A stretch of DNA of 63,867 bases, counting the filler, from Vermamoeba vermiformis (lineage: Eukaryota): NCBI GenBank assembly GCA_045837725.1. It is 3 parts of 3 records of this genome, joined end to end, with 100 filler letters (N's around TTAATTAATTAA, not from the genome) between each part and the next. Parts side by side here need not be neighbours in the genome. Positions count along the whole stretch, not along the records: positions 14,921 to 33,579 come from JBEWZL010000125.1; positions 33,680 to 63,867 come from JBEWZL010000131.1; 1 more part is not named here. One strand, 5' to 3'. Positions 23,786-37,013 of the stretch are shown here, piece by piece. A program made the translations under genes and the position numbers. Numbering within the stretch: the stretch's first letter is position 1; each line of letters opens with the position of its first letter. Below the pieces are notes generated by a model that saw nothing but the letters and a program-made list of their open reading frames with translations, was not told the DNA's origin and searched no databases.

Positions 23786-24023
23786 TTTTAGATGAGATGA
23801 CAAAAAATTCTTTCAAAAGGTCTGAAGGCGATAGTTCGTGCCAGTTTTATATTTACATAAATAAATAATAGAAAAGTTGTTGTTTCCACAAGCGGTCAAT
23901 AAATAAAGTTTGATTCTTTCAATTTTGATTTTTACACGTAGATCGACGACAACACACGTGTATTATTATGCAGATAATGCAATATACACCACAGTGCCTG
24001 GTATTTATTGTTCTTTTCAAATA

Positions 24024-25763
24024 ATGGAGCGAAGTGTGTTGGAGCTGCCCGAGGATGTGCTGCGCGACATTTGGCATTACTTATCTCTGCCTGATGTAAT
24101 TAGGTTAGTAAATATTATTTTAAATCCAGTATAAATACCAAAAAAAGGACTATTTAACGCTTATTAGTTGTATTTATTAATAGTGCAAATTAAACCAAGT
24201 TGATCCAAGCTCTTTATTTAATTAATTATTATTAGGTTCGGAATGACCGCCAAAAATATGTTTGATTCAACGTGGCCTTACTACCAAATTTTGCAAACGG
24301 AAAGGGATTGGCCGATCCGCGTAAATATTTTCTTTCTCTCACAGGATCTGTCTCATATTCGCGAACTCGACATATTCTATGCTCCCGATGATGGAAGACT
24401 CGAAAAAGACAGACAAAAAATATTGCAACTTCACGATCTGGTAGCAGCAACAAGACTACCAAATCTTCGATCGTTGAAAATAGATCTGACTTTTCCAAGC
24501 ACCATTTGCGACGATATGACCGTTGTAAACGAACTTATACGCACTCATACTCATCTCCAATCGTTGGTTTGGTACTCAGCAGAGGTCGAAGAAAATTTCA
24601 ACGTGGGTCATTTTTTCAAGAACTATACAAGACTGACTTCCTGAACTATCGAGACAAAGAACAGACGTAAGTACTTGTCTAAAAAATCCATTGAATTAGG
24701 AAAAGAAAGCGAATTAAAATTCAATTTTTCATCCAGTTCAGTCTTGTCAATTCACCATAAAGCAAAGTACAATAATAATAATTTACTGAAACTGACCCGC
24801 GCTCTCGTATTGAAGTACGTGGATTTAATGAACTGACGCAATTGAAGAGTTTGGATTGCTCTTTCTATGGACAAATGGACGATGCAAGTTTTTCAGAAGT
24901 CGTGGAACTACCGCACCTTAAAACTCTCGATGTTAGGCTCCGCAACCTCATATCCGACGAATCATTCACAAAAATTACAAAATTGACCGAATTAGAGGAA
25001 TTAGATATTAATTGCGATGCTGGCATCCCCAGCTTGACTCCACTATTGAAATTACCTAGTTTAAAATCATTAATGTATGATTCTGTGGGGGGGTTGCCAT
25101 TAGTCTCTGTAATTGGACAGCTATACAACCTCACGAGTCTCCAGATCGATCTTTTTTCATTACGTCAGCACCTTGATTTCAACTTACTAACAGGGCTAAC
25201 GAACCTGTTAGAATTAGATATGTACTGCGCTACTACGGCAGCCAATTTAGCAAATTTTACAAAGCTAACGAAACTGATCTGGCAAAATCGTGGTACCAGT
25301 CAACCGAGAATGTCGAATCTGCCACCAAACTTGAAAACATTCAGCATAAGCAGCCTAATTGCGGGTGAAAATGCTATTCAAGAGATCTGTAGCTTGGAAA
25401 AATTGCAGGAACTAAAATATCTAGATGTGGAATTCAATCCAGTAATTATGGCGCACTGGATCACGCGATTAACTCACCTTACTGACATAACTATGGTACC
25501 TAGTATCCCTCAGGGTAATATTTAATTCATTAGTAGTATTATTATTGAATTCTAATTCTTTAGTAGAGTTGATCCGAGCCCTTGAAAAACTACCGAATCT
25601 GGTTTTTTTGAGCTGCAGAGATATTCCAGTTAATTCGAAAGAAGATTTGGCTAAACTAACGCAGTTGATGGAGTTATCATATTGGAAAGGTTATAAAAGG
25701 GGACTTCAGGTCAAATTTCCGTTCAGAGTTACCTTCGTTGGAGATCTTACTGACAAATACTAA
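24024..25763 (+). CDS. F-box + LRR protein
   Basis: MERSVLELPEDVLRDIWHYLSLPDVIR F-box; LxxLxxL repeats in later exons. Confidence 0.8.
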
Positions 25764-26234
25764 ATTGTATGTATTTTTAGTAAATCGCTCTTTAATTATT
25801 AATAATCTTTAGCAGTGTTTGCATCACATACTACGGATTCTGGTCTTTCTAAAGTGTTTGAGATCGACAAACGCATCTTCCCTCGTTTGAGCTTCAGGGT
25901 GCTGTTAAATATAATCGGTTGATTATATGATCTGTGACCCTGATTAGCAAACTGACTCATGCCACAATCAACCGTCAGTAGCTCGAATGTTCGGTATCAA
26001 GTACTAGCTATAATTGACCGGTTGAATTCAGATCTGCCAGCGGAGGTGTTACAGTGATGTGTTTTCTTTATGTACATATAGTGCCCGGGTTATGGAGATT
26101 TCCAACTAGACGGTCATTACCGTTCAGTCATGTCAACGGACATATTATTGATTTTTATGTCGGATCAAAAAGTGTGAGTTATTTTTTGACCCTTTGCTGC
26201 ATGCAAATTTTTTATTAAAATACATGCTTGAAAA

Positions 26235-28427
26235 TTATTTGAGTCCTAATTTCTGCTTGATGAATGCCCAATGATCGAGCGGTGCAGCTCGTTGCCACGC
26301 ACCATTCACTTTGGTCTCGTACATGATCCAACACGGTCTACGCGCCATTGGTCGTGTTGAGTGAGGCGTGATGAAGACTTCTTTCTGTCTATCAAAGTGC
26401 ACGAGTTGAAATATAGATGCTTTGTGGTACTCAACTTGGTCTTTGTTGCGCCAATCACGTGCATTGTCTACGTACTTGTTGTATTTATTTTTTTCATCTT
26501 CTTTGTTGGTAAAAGAGAATATGATGCAATATCTAGGATATATATTAGCATGACGGCATTATAATGTAGAAGACAAAATTCATACCTTGAACTCTGAATC
26601 TGATCTTCGAACACGATCTGCGACGACACTAAAGTTGGGCTGTATTCTGCAATCTTCTTATTTAAGTCACCTTGATGCATATGCAAGATCTATTACAGCA
26701 AGCTCAATAATCGCTGATTCGAATATTAAGCACATGTACGTACCTCGTTCTCGCCGTTTGGCTCGATCTGCAAGACTTGAATAGGCAACTCAATGTCTTG
26801 ATCCATGAAGCTTAATATATGCGCATACAAGCTCGACATACATGAAACAGCACCATTAGGCAACTATAAAGCGTTAGAATAAGTTGTGATTTGCAATGTA
26901 CTGGCGGATGTGACCATAACATTTTAAGAATAAGGTTATAAACAATCGATATTGCATAAATAATAATATTATAATATTTGTAGGTTATTTTAATGAATTT
27001 ATCGCTTACTTGAGAGAATTTGGGTTTGCTCCAGCCAGGTAACGAAATCCACTTTAAGACTTTACAAGTAGTCGCTGAAGAAATTTCGATTAAGGCTATG
27101 AAGCACATCGAGAATGAGAATGTACCCTTCCTAAATCCAACAGTCAGATCCCGAAATCAAAGACTTGAAGAACGTACATCGCGGTTTTGTATAACTAATT
27201 TGTTGTCATAGAATTGGGGGATATTCAAGTGCGTCTTATCATCATAGTTTTTTTCGAGAATTTTTGATCCAGTACGCAGATCGTAAACCTGAATGAATTT
27301 CCTCCTAAAACATCGTTAAATACGCTACATATAGTAGTTTTGCATATACGCACCTTAACTCCCAGTTACTCCATGTTAAAGCAATGAGCGAGCTACTTTT
27401 ACTCCCATTCTGAATCCAAGACACAACTACAAAAACGTAATTTTAATGAAATCAAGGAGAAACATGAATAAATAGTAACCTACACCCGGAGTTGAGGTTT
27501 CTAACAGTTACTTTGTTGCTAAGCTTCGGTTCGTCGTACAGATTTGTGGGATCGAGCTTAACGTAGTCTGTTTCATTCGAGTCGTCTTCATAATTTGGAT
27601 CGTGCTACAAGAAATGTTATATATTATTTACAGCACATTAGATCATGCTTACATGTTCCACAAAATAGTCGTTCATCAGTTCTAAGCGTCCTGAGGAATA
27701 TTTCTAAATTCAACGGATCAGAATCAATTAAATTATGCCATAATAACTTCTGTAGTATTACCGCTATTATAGTACGCGTTTCGAGGTCCCACAACTCTGT
27801 TGCAAGATGATCATGTGTCGAGTATGAGTAGCTGAAAAAAACGACATTCGCGTTAGAAACCATGTTTTCGAATTGAAATATCCTCTCATACCCCGACTCC
27901 ATCACCTCCCATATTAATAGGCAGTACTTGCCGCCAACTGATTGATAGCGTAATACGATCTCGGCACGTGGATTTGATGTCGGGCAACGAACGCCTAAAG
28001 TGTGCTGCACGCATCTGACAAAAAACCATTAGCCGCGCATTAATAATATTTCTCTTCACTTGGAAGTGTTTTTGAACGATTTGACGCCAAGGAACATCTT
28101 TTTGTGAGTAAGAGAATGGATGTGGAAATGGCTCGTTAAATATTGCTTCCTGAGTAATTAAAAATTATTTTATATAAAAATAATCACAATCTAATTCATA
28201 AAATATGCCTAGGAAAATATTTCGTGAAGTATTAACAAAAATTAATTATAATTATTAGGATCGATGTGTCAACCGTAATAATTATTGAAGCTCACCTTCC
28301 AAATGCTGTCATACTTTACGAGATTGTTCCATGTTCGATTAACACAAACAGCGCTCATCAGCGATTTGCAATTCGAAAACGAGAAGATCGTTTCTAAAAG
28401 TTCTCTCGGTAGCGTTGCCCAGTCCAT
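26235..28427 (-). CDS. F-box protein with probable beta-rich C-terminal domain
   Basis: MDWATLPRELLETIFSFSNCKSLMSAVCVNRTWNNLVKYDSIWK; multiple short exons. Confidence 0.7.
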
Positions 28428-28854
28428 AACGAGTATAAAACAATTAAAACTTCGAGATGTCAATAGGCGGATCGTTAAGAAGAGTGAAGGTCTTGTGTTG
28501 ATTCTGAGATCTTGATTTCATTTTTCGTCCAAAAAAACGAATTAGTTAGCCGGGAATATTCTAGAAGAATTCTCGTTCTACGTGAGCTCATAGCGCTGAG
28601 AAGTATGTTCCAGAAGGACGAGGGCAAGGAACAGTATAAATACCGATTGTAATCGAGCTTTCCTTTTATACCACGCAAGACTGTCTCTTGAGCTGCAAAA
28701 GTCTAGTTTACCAGTGAAATTACTATTGTATTCTTCCCAGCGGTACGTAAATGAATATTTTTTTACCTCTGAAATGACGAGAAAATGAAGACATTTCACG
28801 ATCTATTTTTTACCGTTTTTTGATCTCGCGAACACGCCACACTCAAGCGGAAAA

Positions 28855-30973
28855 ATGGACTAATCAACGCACCATTTAGTGGATTCCTTTATCGTATCTA
28901 TCTGGTACCACAATAGTTACGAATGTAAGGCCGCTAACCTGTTGATCAAATTTAGAGATCGAATCTGATCGAGCGTTTTCTTATAGGCAAGCACGGGTGA
29001 TTATTTACTTAATATCAGTCAACCTACTAGGAGGATTGATCTTCGGCTACAACACAGGTGTGGATTTAAATTAATTTTTTAAATCAAATATTAATTTTTT
29101 TTAATTATTAGGCGTTATTGCACTGACTTTAGGCACGATTTCAGATGAATATGGATTAAACACTATATTACAAGGAGTATTGACGACGAGTATTCTGGTT
29201 GGAGCATTTGTCGGATCTGCAACAGGCAAAGTCTCGCGAGAAATTTTCTTTAACGCAATCCTAATATGAAATATTATTATAGGCGTTTTAGCGGATAAAA
29301 TAGGCCGTAAAAAAGCCGTGATAATATTCAGCGCCGTTTCTTTTGGTGGTGCCATCTTTTCAATGGTCTCACCTGTCTTTTGGGTCCTTTGCATTGCTCG
29401 TGCAATCCTAGGTTATGGTAATTAATATTAATACTTATTCCCTCGCTGTAACAAGCAGATTCACATCCGATCTAAACTTTATCCTTCCGTTTCTTGAATG
29501 ATTAATCGTTTGAATTTGATACTAATATTATATAAATGATTAATATATGTTATTTTAGGCGTTGGATTGGCGACGAGCGTTTGTCCGTTGTACGTGGGAG
29601 AAATGTCGAGTGTAAAATTGCGAGGCCGATTGGGCAGTTTGTTCGAGCTTGGCTTGACGTTAGGAATATTCATCAGTTACATAGTGTGCTATTTATTACT
29701 GCTACGTGATCCTAACGACTACATTGCCCGAGGTACGAGTAGATCGTGGATCTGGATCTATGTTTTCAGATCCAGATCCAGCATTTGAAAGTAATCTGAA
29801 CTTAATACTAATATTAAATTAGGATGGAATTGGTATTGGAGAATAGCTTTTGGTATAGGAGGAGTGTTTGGAGTAATGGGTGTTATAATTGGAATTTTCA
29901 TGCCCGAATCTATCTTTTGGATCGAGAAACAGAAACAAAGCATGACAAAGAAATCCAATGATGATGATTATAAGAGTAATAGAGGAGATAATAATAACGA
30001 AGATGAGCCTAAAAAAGGCATGCAAATGTGGAAAGAGTTTTTCAAGCCGAAGAACGCCAAGTACGTGATCTTAGGCGTCATGTTAGCCGTGTCGTATCAA
30101 CTTACAGGTATTAATTTCCACGAAAAATATTCAAATTTAATGAAATTTATTAATTTTATTGTTGTAGGAGTAAACGCAATTAATTTTTACACGCCTACCA
30201 TTTTGGAGAGTGCTGGGCTTACAGATACGAATCTATTCACTTTGGTAGGTTTATATAATTATATTAAAGCATATTATATAATATCAGTGGTATTTTATAA
30301 AGTCTGGTCTTTTGGGCAGATCTAACCACTTTTTTGTCGCCAGATTATTGGTGCTTGGAATTTCTTAGTAACAATCCCACCGATCTTTTTTGTGGATAAA
30401 TATGGAAGAAAACCATTAATGCTCGTAGGACTATCGACTATAGTGGCTGGATTGGTCATGATTGCTTCTTCGTACTACGCATCCGTAAGTCAAAACCTGG
30501 ATCTGTTTTATGTACCGTAGCTAACAGCTTTAATTAGGATTTATTGACTGAAGGCATAATAGCTATGGTTGGTATTGGAATATTCATGATTGGTTTTGAA
30601 GCTGGACCAGGGTAAGTTCTCGATCGGATTTGACGATTTTTTTTTATCTGTTGTCTAATTCCAGTACAATTATAGAATAGTTTTTTGGATCTTAGTAGGC
30701 GAAATATTTCCAAATTCAATGCGCGACGCCGCACCGAGTTTCATCAACGCATTCGAACAGCTCTTAATCATCGCTCTGACGCTAGCGTTCCCTTCGTTAG
30801 TCGTTGCTATTGGTGGCGCAAATATATTTTGGATATTTGCAGGCATAGGAGTGTTATGCACGATTTATATTGGCGTTATGTTGTCTGAGAGCAATGGCGC
30901 CGAGATCGGACAAACCGAACTGACTTCACCTGGCAACAATAATCGCGATACAAAGACCGAAGAAGTACCTTGA
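28855..30973 (+). CDS. MFS sugar porter
   Basis: GGLIFGYNTG, ADKIGRK, PLYVGEMS..LRGRLG, PES, QLTG.NAINFY, VDKYGRK, GPG, EIFP motifs over about 10 exons. Confidence 0.92.
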
Positions 30974-31151
30974 TATATGCATATACATTTGTGGGCAAGA
31001 AATATGTTTGCTATGAACTAGAACACGCCCTTGGATCCGAATCTCAGATCGACAAACTCTAACAACACAATTCCTGGAAAAAGTAAGTCGGCAATTTGAA
31101 AGCAACAATTATTCTTGATCTTTATTGCCTTTAGTCACATCAATTAGTACT

Positions 31152-31893
31152 TTACTCTGTTAATTTTCGGAGTACGCCACATCCGCTAACAACTAATTCG
31201 GAGTTAGCAGAGAGCCAGTAATGATACACCTGGATTAAATCGCCCTCAACGCTTATCAAGCCAAAGCTAGGAGTTATGAAGGGCTCATCAGGACTTCTCA
31301 CCGCTGAAAGACTAGCACCGGTAGCGGATCCAGGATCAATAAAGAACTTGCCGTCGTTTGTAAGCCTTAAACTCGTGCGTGCCACCTGTAATTAATACAT
31401 CGCAATCTAAACGACGTTGAATTACTGCGAGATCTTCTTTGTCGCTGGCAAGGAATGGATTCGTTTGTACCAGCCCAAACTTGAACGATCCGACCGTTAA
31501 AACTGTTTCTTTTGGAAGCGTAGTATCCTATAATGTTTAGATAAATTATTAATATATTTAAATACAGATAATGCATATTTACCTCGCCGCTAACACCTTG
31601 CACAATGAGAACGTTTGGCGCTATCGTCTTTAAAGAATCGTGCGTTTCTTTTGTAGTTAAATTTCCCGTGCATAAAATGTGGTGAATTATGTTAGGCCCC
31701 TGTAAAAATATATTAAATAATTATTCTATAATTATTTTAATATTTACCAAGGGACGTTTAAATTCGTTTGGTACATCCAACGCTCGTTGCGGAATGTGGA
31801 AGTCCCCGATCACCAAAACCAATATACCATTACTCTGTTGAACACGTAGTTAGATTCAACTATTTAGTTTATAAAAGCTTGAATTGTTACCAT
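31152..31893 (-). CDS. VPS29: Divergent VPS29-like protein with an apparent frameshift near 31358
   Basis: ATG-only first exon; LVLVIGDFHIP, HILCTGNL, LDCDVLITG.TH, DPGSATGA, PSF. Confidence 0.75.
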
Positions 31894-32008
31894 TTTGCCG
31901 CGAATAAAACTTAGTTTAATTTAATTCCGTTTTCCCTACACAACAGCGCTAATATTACGCTAAGGTAATAATCTAGTAATATAGTATTGCTAAGTTGATA
32001 TATTTTAA

Positions 32009-33165
32009 TTAAGCTGCGGGGAATAGCAATCCCAAACCTCGCATCTGCAACAAAGCGTTTTTGAACGACGTTCCTTCGTGTCCAGTGATTTCTTTAAAAT
32101 CATTGGTGGGCTTGGCGAATACATTTGATTTGCCTGCTAGTTCATACAGCTCGATCAAGCCTTCCGCCTAAAAGATAAAATTGATCTTTCTTTACGTACA
32201 TTTAATTATTTTAGTTACCGTACCATATACTCGGGAGACGATTTCTTTATCATATCAAGAAGTTCGTTTGGTTGCATATCTTTGAATTTCAGCTTCTTTT
32301 GCAATACTTCCTCATAGATCTGGTTTCGATAATTTTGGTTAGGCGAAATAAGTTCATTAACCTGCAGAAGAGGTATTCCATTTACCTTAGTTTGTTCCTC
32401 ATTAGTTAATGGCTCAGGTCCGGATAACAAATACTCCTTATTCAAAAATCTGTCAGGGCTCAGTAAAATCGTGCTGGATGCGTCGCCAATGTCATGCGTT
32501 GAAAGAGGACAAGACACAGCGCTACGATCAATCATAGGAATCATGTAATTGTCTAGTGTTTGGTCTTTAATTGACATAGTAACACCATCATCCTATACAA
32601 AAAAATTGGTTTCGAGATCCAAAAGTACATCCGTGACGCTAAACTTACGATTATAGGCACGGTACGAAGGAAACAATACGATATTCCTGACGCCTTAATA
32701 TGTTTTTCAGCTGCACTAGCTTCTTTGCCAAATACAGTAAATTCCTTGTCCGCACCAAAGGCCGACACGAAGACGATCATTTTGACACTTTTGACACTTT
32801 GACATTCGTCGACAAAGCTCGTGACTAAATTTGTTCGATCGTACATTTTCATATCTTTCTCTGGCTTAGGTGATATCACCCAAACTCTTTCGACATTCTG
32901 AAAAATATCAGATCTAGAGATTGCAATACTAACAATTTAAACGTACCTGAAGAGCCTTTCGAACCGACTCTTTGTCCGTCAAATCCAAATCAACAATTTC
33001 TACGTTATTTATAGCTTCAAATTGCTTTAATTTCTTGTAGTCTTGGAATGGGCCACCAACGCGAATTATAGCAGATCCGTCGTTCTTGGAAATGATCTGT
33101 CGAATAACAGCTGCTGCAGTATTACCCGTAGCATTAGTAATCAAAATAATAGGCTTGTTGCTCAT
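32009..33165 (-). CDS. NmrA-like / atypical SDR NAD(P)-binding protein
   Basis: ILITNATGNTA, IVFVSAFGA, EKHIKASGISYCFLR, THDIG, YLLSGPEPLT. Confidence 0.85.
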
Positions 33166-33247
33166 TATCGCGCTGAGTCTTAAAAATAAAGGCGAAAAAA
33201 TTTTCTTTACTTGCGAAAAATCACGTGCTTCATTTTCTATTCTGGAT

Positions 33248-33540
33248 ATGCTCCAACCAGAATACTCGTCGTTAATACTCCTTGTAATATAGTGCTTAAT
33301 CCATATTCATCTGAAATCGTGCCTAAAGTCAGTGCAATAACGCCTAGTAATATATAATTAACAATTAATAATATTAATAATTAATTTAAAATCACACCTG
33401 TGTTATATCCAAAGATCAATCCTCCTAATATATTGACTTGATATTAAGTAAATAATTAGCCGAGTTTGCCTGCAAAAATCTTGATGAGTGTTCGATCTTC
33501 AACCAATCTCACAATCGTTAAACTTACATTCGCGGCTATT
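33248..33540 (-). pseudogene. Truncated inverted copy of the 5' exons of the MFS sugar porter at 28855
   Basis: Near-identical to 28990-29208 including intron position; 1-bp insertion (ATCAAGTC vs ATCAGTC); homology stops abruptly at 33248. Confidence 0.8.
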
Positions 33541-33579
33541 TTGATGTGTAAAATAATATTTAATCCATATTCTTTTAGT

Positions 33580-33679
33580 NNNNNNNNNNNNNNNNNNNNN
33601 NNNNNNNNNNNNNNNNNNNNNNNTTAATTAATTAANNNNNNNNNNNNNNNNNNNNNNNNNNNNNNNNNNNNNNNNNNNN
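33580..33679. other. Artificial contig spacer (N-run with TTAATTAATTAA)
   Basis: Same linker as 14821-14920. Confidence 0.98.
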
Positions 33680-33819
33680 AAAACTCGTTTGAAAGAAAAT
33701 TAAATTACATGTCATGAAAACGCGCTACCGATTGCTCCATAGTATGGTTGCTGCGTACTATAAATTAGCCATTATTTACTAGATTTATCCAATGTAAATT
33801 AAGAAACTTATTATTTAGA

Positions 33820-35565
33820 TTCGATCGGCTCGTTGCCCGCAGAGTTAATGCAACATATTATCCGCCTGACTTCATTGCAAGCAGTAGCTTCGATATGGAT
33901 GTCCAGTCGCTATTGGCGGTCAAAATTGAGAAACTTAATGGAACATCCGAAAATTCTTTTTGTGACTTGCCGTAAAGACACCATATCTCGGCATGTCTTC
34001 ATGCTAAATAATGGCTTAGGTACGAACTATTGATTATTTTGGCCATTCTAACAGGTTGACCAAAGGCTACAATATGCGCGTATCAGAAATAATCCCGAGG
34101 TTTCGTGGCCAAAAGAGTCCCCCGCTTACAGCGAAATATGGATGGTTCAATACTGTAGCAGAGCTCGAAGAATTTTTGGCGGAATTTAAAACACTAATAG
34201 TCGACAAGGATAAGGATCCGTGCTACGACCTCGATCCTGAGCATTTTTTTTTAAAGATTAAATACAAAGAGCCTAGCGCGTCCTATAGCGACATAATATC
34301 AGTAATGGACAAAAGGACTTTCGATGGATTGAAGAATTTGATCGACAAAGCGCAGATAGTGGCTCCGATACCTGAATCCACTGAAACTTTTAACGGCATA
34401 ATTGTGTGCGTTAAAAACTCTCCGACATGGACGTAGTCGTACATTTATATCAACCCTGAAGGCGACATTAGCGTTACAACGATGCCGAGGACGAAGTTAT
34501 CACAGAAGATTCGTTACGGCGGTCCTTTGGGCGGTAAAATGCCGTACAGCAGGGAGATTCATCTGCCAATCACCGTGCAGCTGCGCACCTCGTCTAAAAT
34601 ATTCAAGCAGCTCGAAGACGCCATTGTGTACAGCAAACACACCAAGTCACTGCCGGAACTGGATGACGATTGCAGATGCATCAGTTTGTTTGACACGCGC
34701 TACGTAATGGACGGCAAAAGTAAGTACTTTATATTCAATACTGTCAATAACTTCCATATTGGAGCTGTTTTTTTGATCGCGTACTCTCCCGCTCTGTACT
34801 CCATTCTAAATTTACGTCGTCGAGTCTAATCTACCCCAACAAATTGAGCCTGGGTGCTGAAGAGCATCGCGATCTGACATCAAATAAAATCATTTTTTCG
34901 TTCTTTCACTGTTACGAGTTCACACTGGCTGACAATCGATTACAGAATACTTCGTCCAAGAATATACCGCGAATCAAAACAAGCAATTTGTCGTTGAAAC
35001 GAACGGATACAAGAACGGCAGTATTAAGAAGATTCTACACATTCTCGAGTCAGTGCTATTCGACAAATCAATTCCGAGTCCTTTGTACGAGGGACAAGTG
35101 ACACCTGCTCCTCACACTTTTACCGGGTAATTTCACTATCGCGGCAAAGATAACATCGCATGCGCAAGTACTGATATCATAATAATTAGCTATAGACATC
35201 AATTGATTCGTTTACCACGGTTCAAAATGCCTGTCGATGAAGATCTGCCGTCAGTTCTTGCCGTCGAATTAAAAGCGAAGCACGAGATGAGTGTGCGAGC
35301 CGAAACTTATACCCTGCATCTGAATAGCGACGTTCCATTAGACGAAGTAGTCGCGCTGTTTCGTGAAGTTGAGCGGAGTTTAGATCCCAAAGATACCAAC
35401 CTGTGCGAAGTCGCGATTAACGTGCAAATCAATGTTCGAGTCAAATATCTTCAAGTCCACTCCTTGAAGTGTTTTAAACCAGTTACGAAGCTGCCGAAGT
35501 CAATTGTGGTAAAAGTATGGAACATGTTGGTTCGTACTGGTCGCATACCAATTGGTATTTTATGA
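33820..35565 (+). CDS. F-box-like protein, uncharacterised (multi-exon; structure uncertain)
   Basis: SLPAELMQHIIRLTSLQAVASIWMSSRYWR; successive + strand ORFs separated by short introns. Confidence 0.5.
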
Positions 35566-35758
35566 TTGAAATAAACTTCGACGTGTCAAAAATATGCCTT
35601 TTGGCGTACAACGGCCCGAAAGCGCCCTGTCGTCCCCTCGCGAACTCATGAAATTTCAAAGCGAGCCATTCTGAAATTTCAAATTCAGTACCATCAATTT
35701 GCCTGATTGTTTTCTAACAAATTAAATTACATATACAACAGCAAAATAACAATACATC

Positions 35759-36433
35759 ATGGCACTCGAGAAAATAAACAAAAAGGAAATTAAATCGGAC
35801 GACACGACGCCGATCCATCTCGCAATTATCCAAGTAGTAGGCACCTGTTTCATTCTTGCTTTTGTGCCGGGCAATATCACGAAGCTTCTATCATTTTTGT
35901 TATTTTGGGCATCGACTTTTGACAGGCCGAGCAAATACGAGCTGATTATAGCACTGTTGGTCAACGTCCTTTTCACGTTCATGAATCTCAACGCCCTGAT
36001 GCAGGGCATATTTGCCTTCACTCAGCCTGATATTGCCTCGTTACTGCCAGTATGGGAGCTAGTAATGTGGAGTTTTTACGTCATTCACACACGTAGAATT
36101 TTCAGCGGATCAGGTCGTGCAGCAGCGAATCCAGACAGACGAAAAGCAATTCTATGTGCACTTGTATATTCAGCACCGTTTGGCATAGTCACCGATCAAC
36201 ATTGGCTCTTCATAATCACCCTCTCTCTGCTGCTACTATCATTTGCATTGTTCCACGAGCGAATGGATCTGGCGTACGCGGGCTACTTCGTGTTGCTTGG
36301 AGCAATTATCGAATACACTGGCGTTTATAGTGGGCAATGGTACTATCCATCGCAGCCTTATACAGGAGTTCCTTTATGGTTCGCAACGATGTGGGGAGGT
36401 GTTGGACTATTCACTCATCGGATCCTCTGCTAG
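35759..36433 (+). CDS. Intronless multi-pass membrane protein, DUF2878-like two-fold repeat
   Basis: About 7 TM segments; repeated G.F.F..P....LPVW...MW / G.W.Y...P..GVPLW...MW. Confidence 0.65.
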   Translation: MALEKINKKEIKSDDTTPIHLAIIQVVGTCFILAFVPGNITKLLSFLLFWASTFDRPSKYELIIALLVNVLFTFMNLNALMQGIFAFTQPDIASLLPVWELVMWSFYVIHTRRIFSGSGRAAANPDRRKAILCALVYSAPFGIVTDQHWLFIITLSLLLLSFALFHERMDLAYAGYFVLLGAIIEYTGVYSGQWYYPSQPYTGVPLWFATMWGGVGLFTHRILC

Positions 36434-36743
36434 CGGATCAAACCAACTTGTGTCGGACATAGTCAACCCAACCTAAAATGTAGGTTTAATGGTGAGAAAA
36501 GCGATGTTATCGAATAAATCGAGCAATGTACATACTTGTAGAAAAGATTTCCGAATCACAAGCCTGATTATCTTTGATTTAGCCTAAATACTTTGTAACG
36601 AGGTATACCTGGCATTTTGCATAGTATAATAAATGCGAAATAATTGAGCTATTAACAAAATCTTTATTGCAATAAATAAATTAGAAAATCTTTTTTTCTT
36701 TACAAGAGATTACTCGACATCGCTCGAGCCATGCTTTTCTTGT

Positions 36744-37013
36744 TTAATGTTTTCTTGACCTCTTAATGATGATGTAGAAACCGTGAATGATACCTACAAA
36801 AAGAGACATGTCAATGACACGATCGATGAAATACGAACTATGGCCTTCGTAGTGATATTGCCATTATATCATTTGCTACTTACCAGGAATTACACCAAGA
36901 ATCCAGAGGACTAAGTTGATCCAGAAGTGCTTGGAGCATCCGACCTTGATCAAGACAGCCAAAGGACTGATAAAGATACAAAGGATAAGCAGAAGAATAT
37001 CTCCGACGTGCAT
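36744..37013 (-). CDS. Pmp3/UPF0057 stress-induced hydrophobic peptide
   Basis: Spliced MHVGDILLLILCIFISPLAVLIKVGCSKHFWINLVLWILGVIPGIIHGFYIII. Confidence 0.9.
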
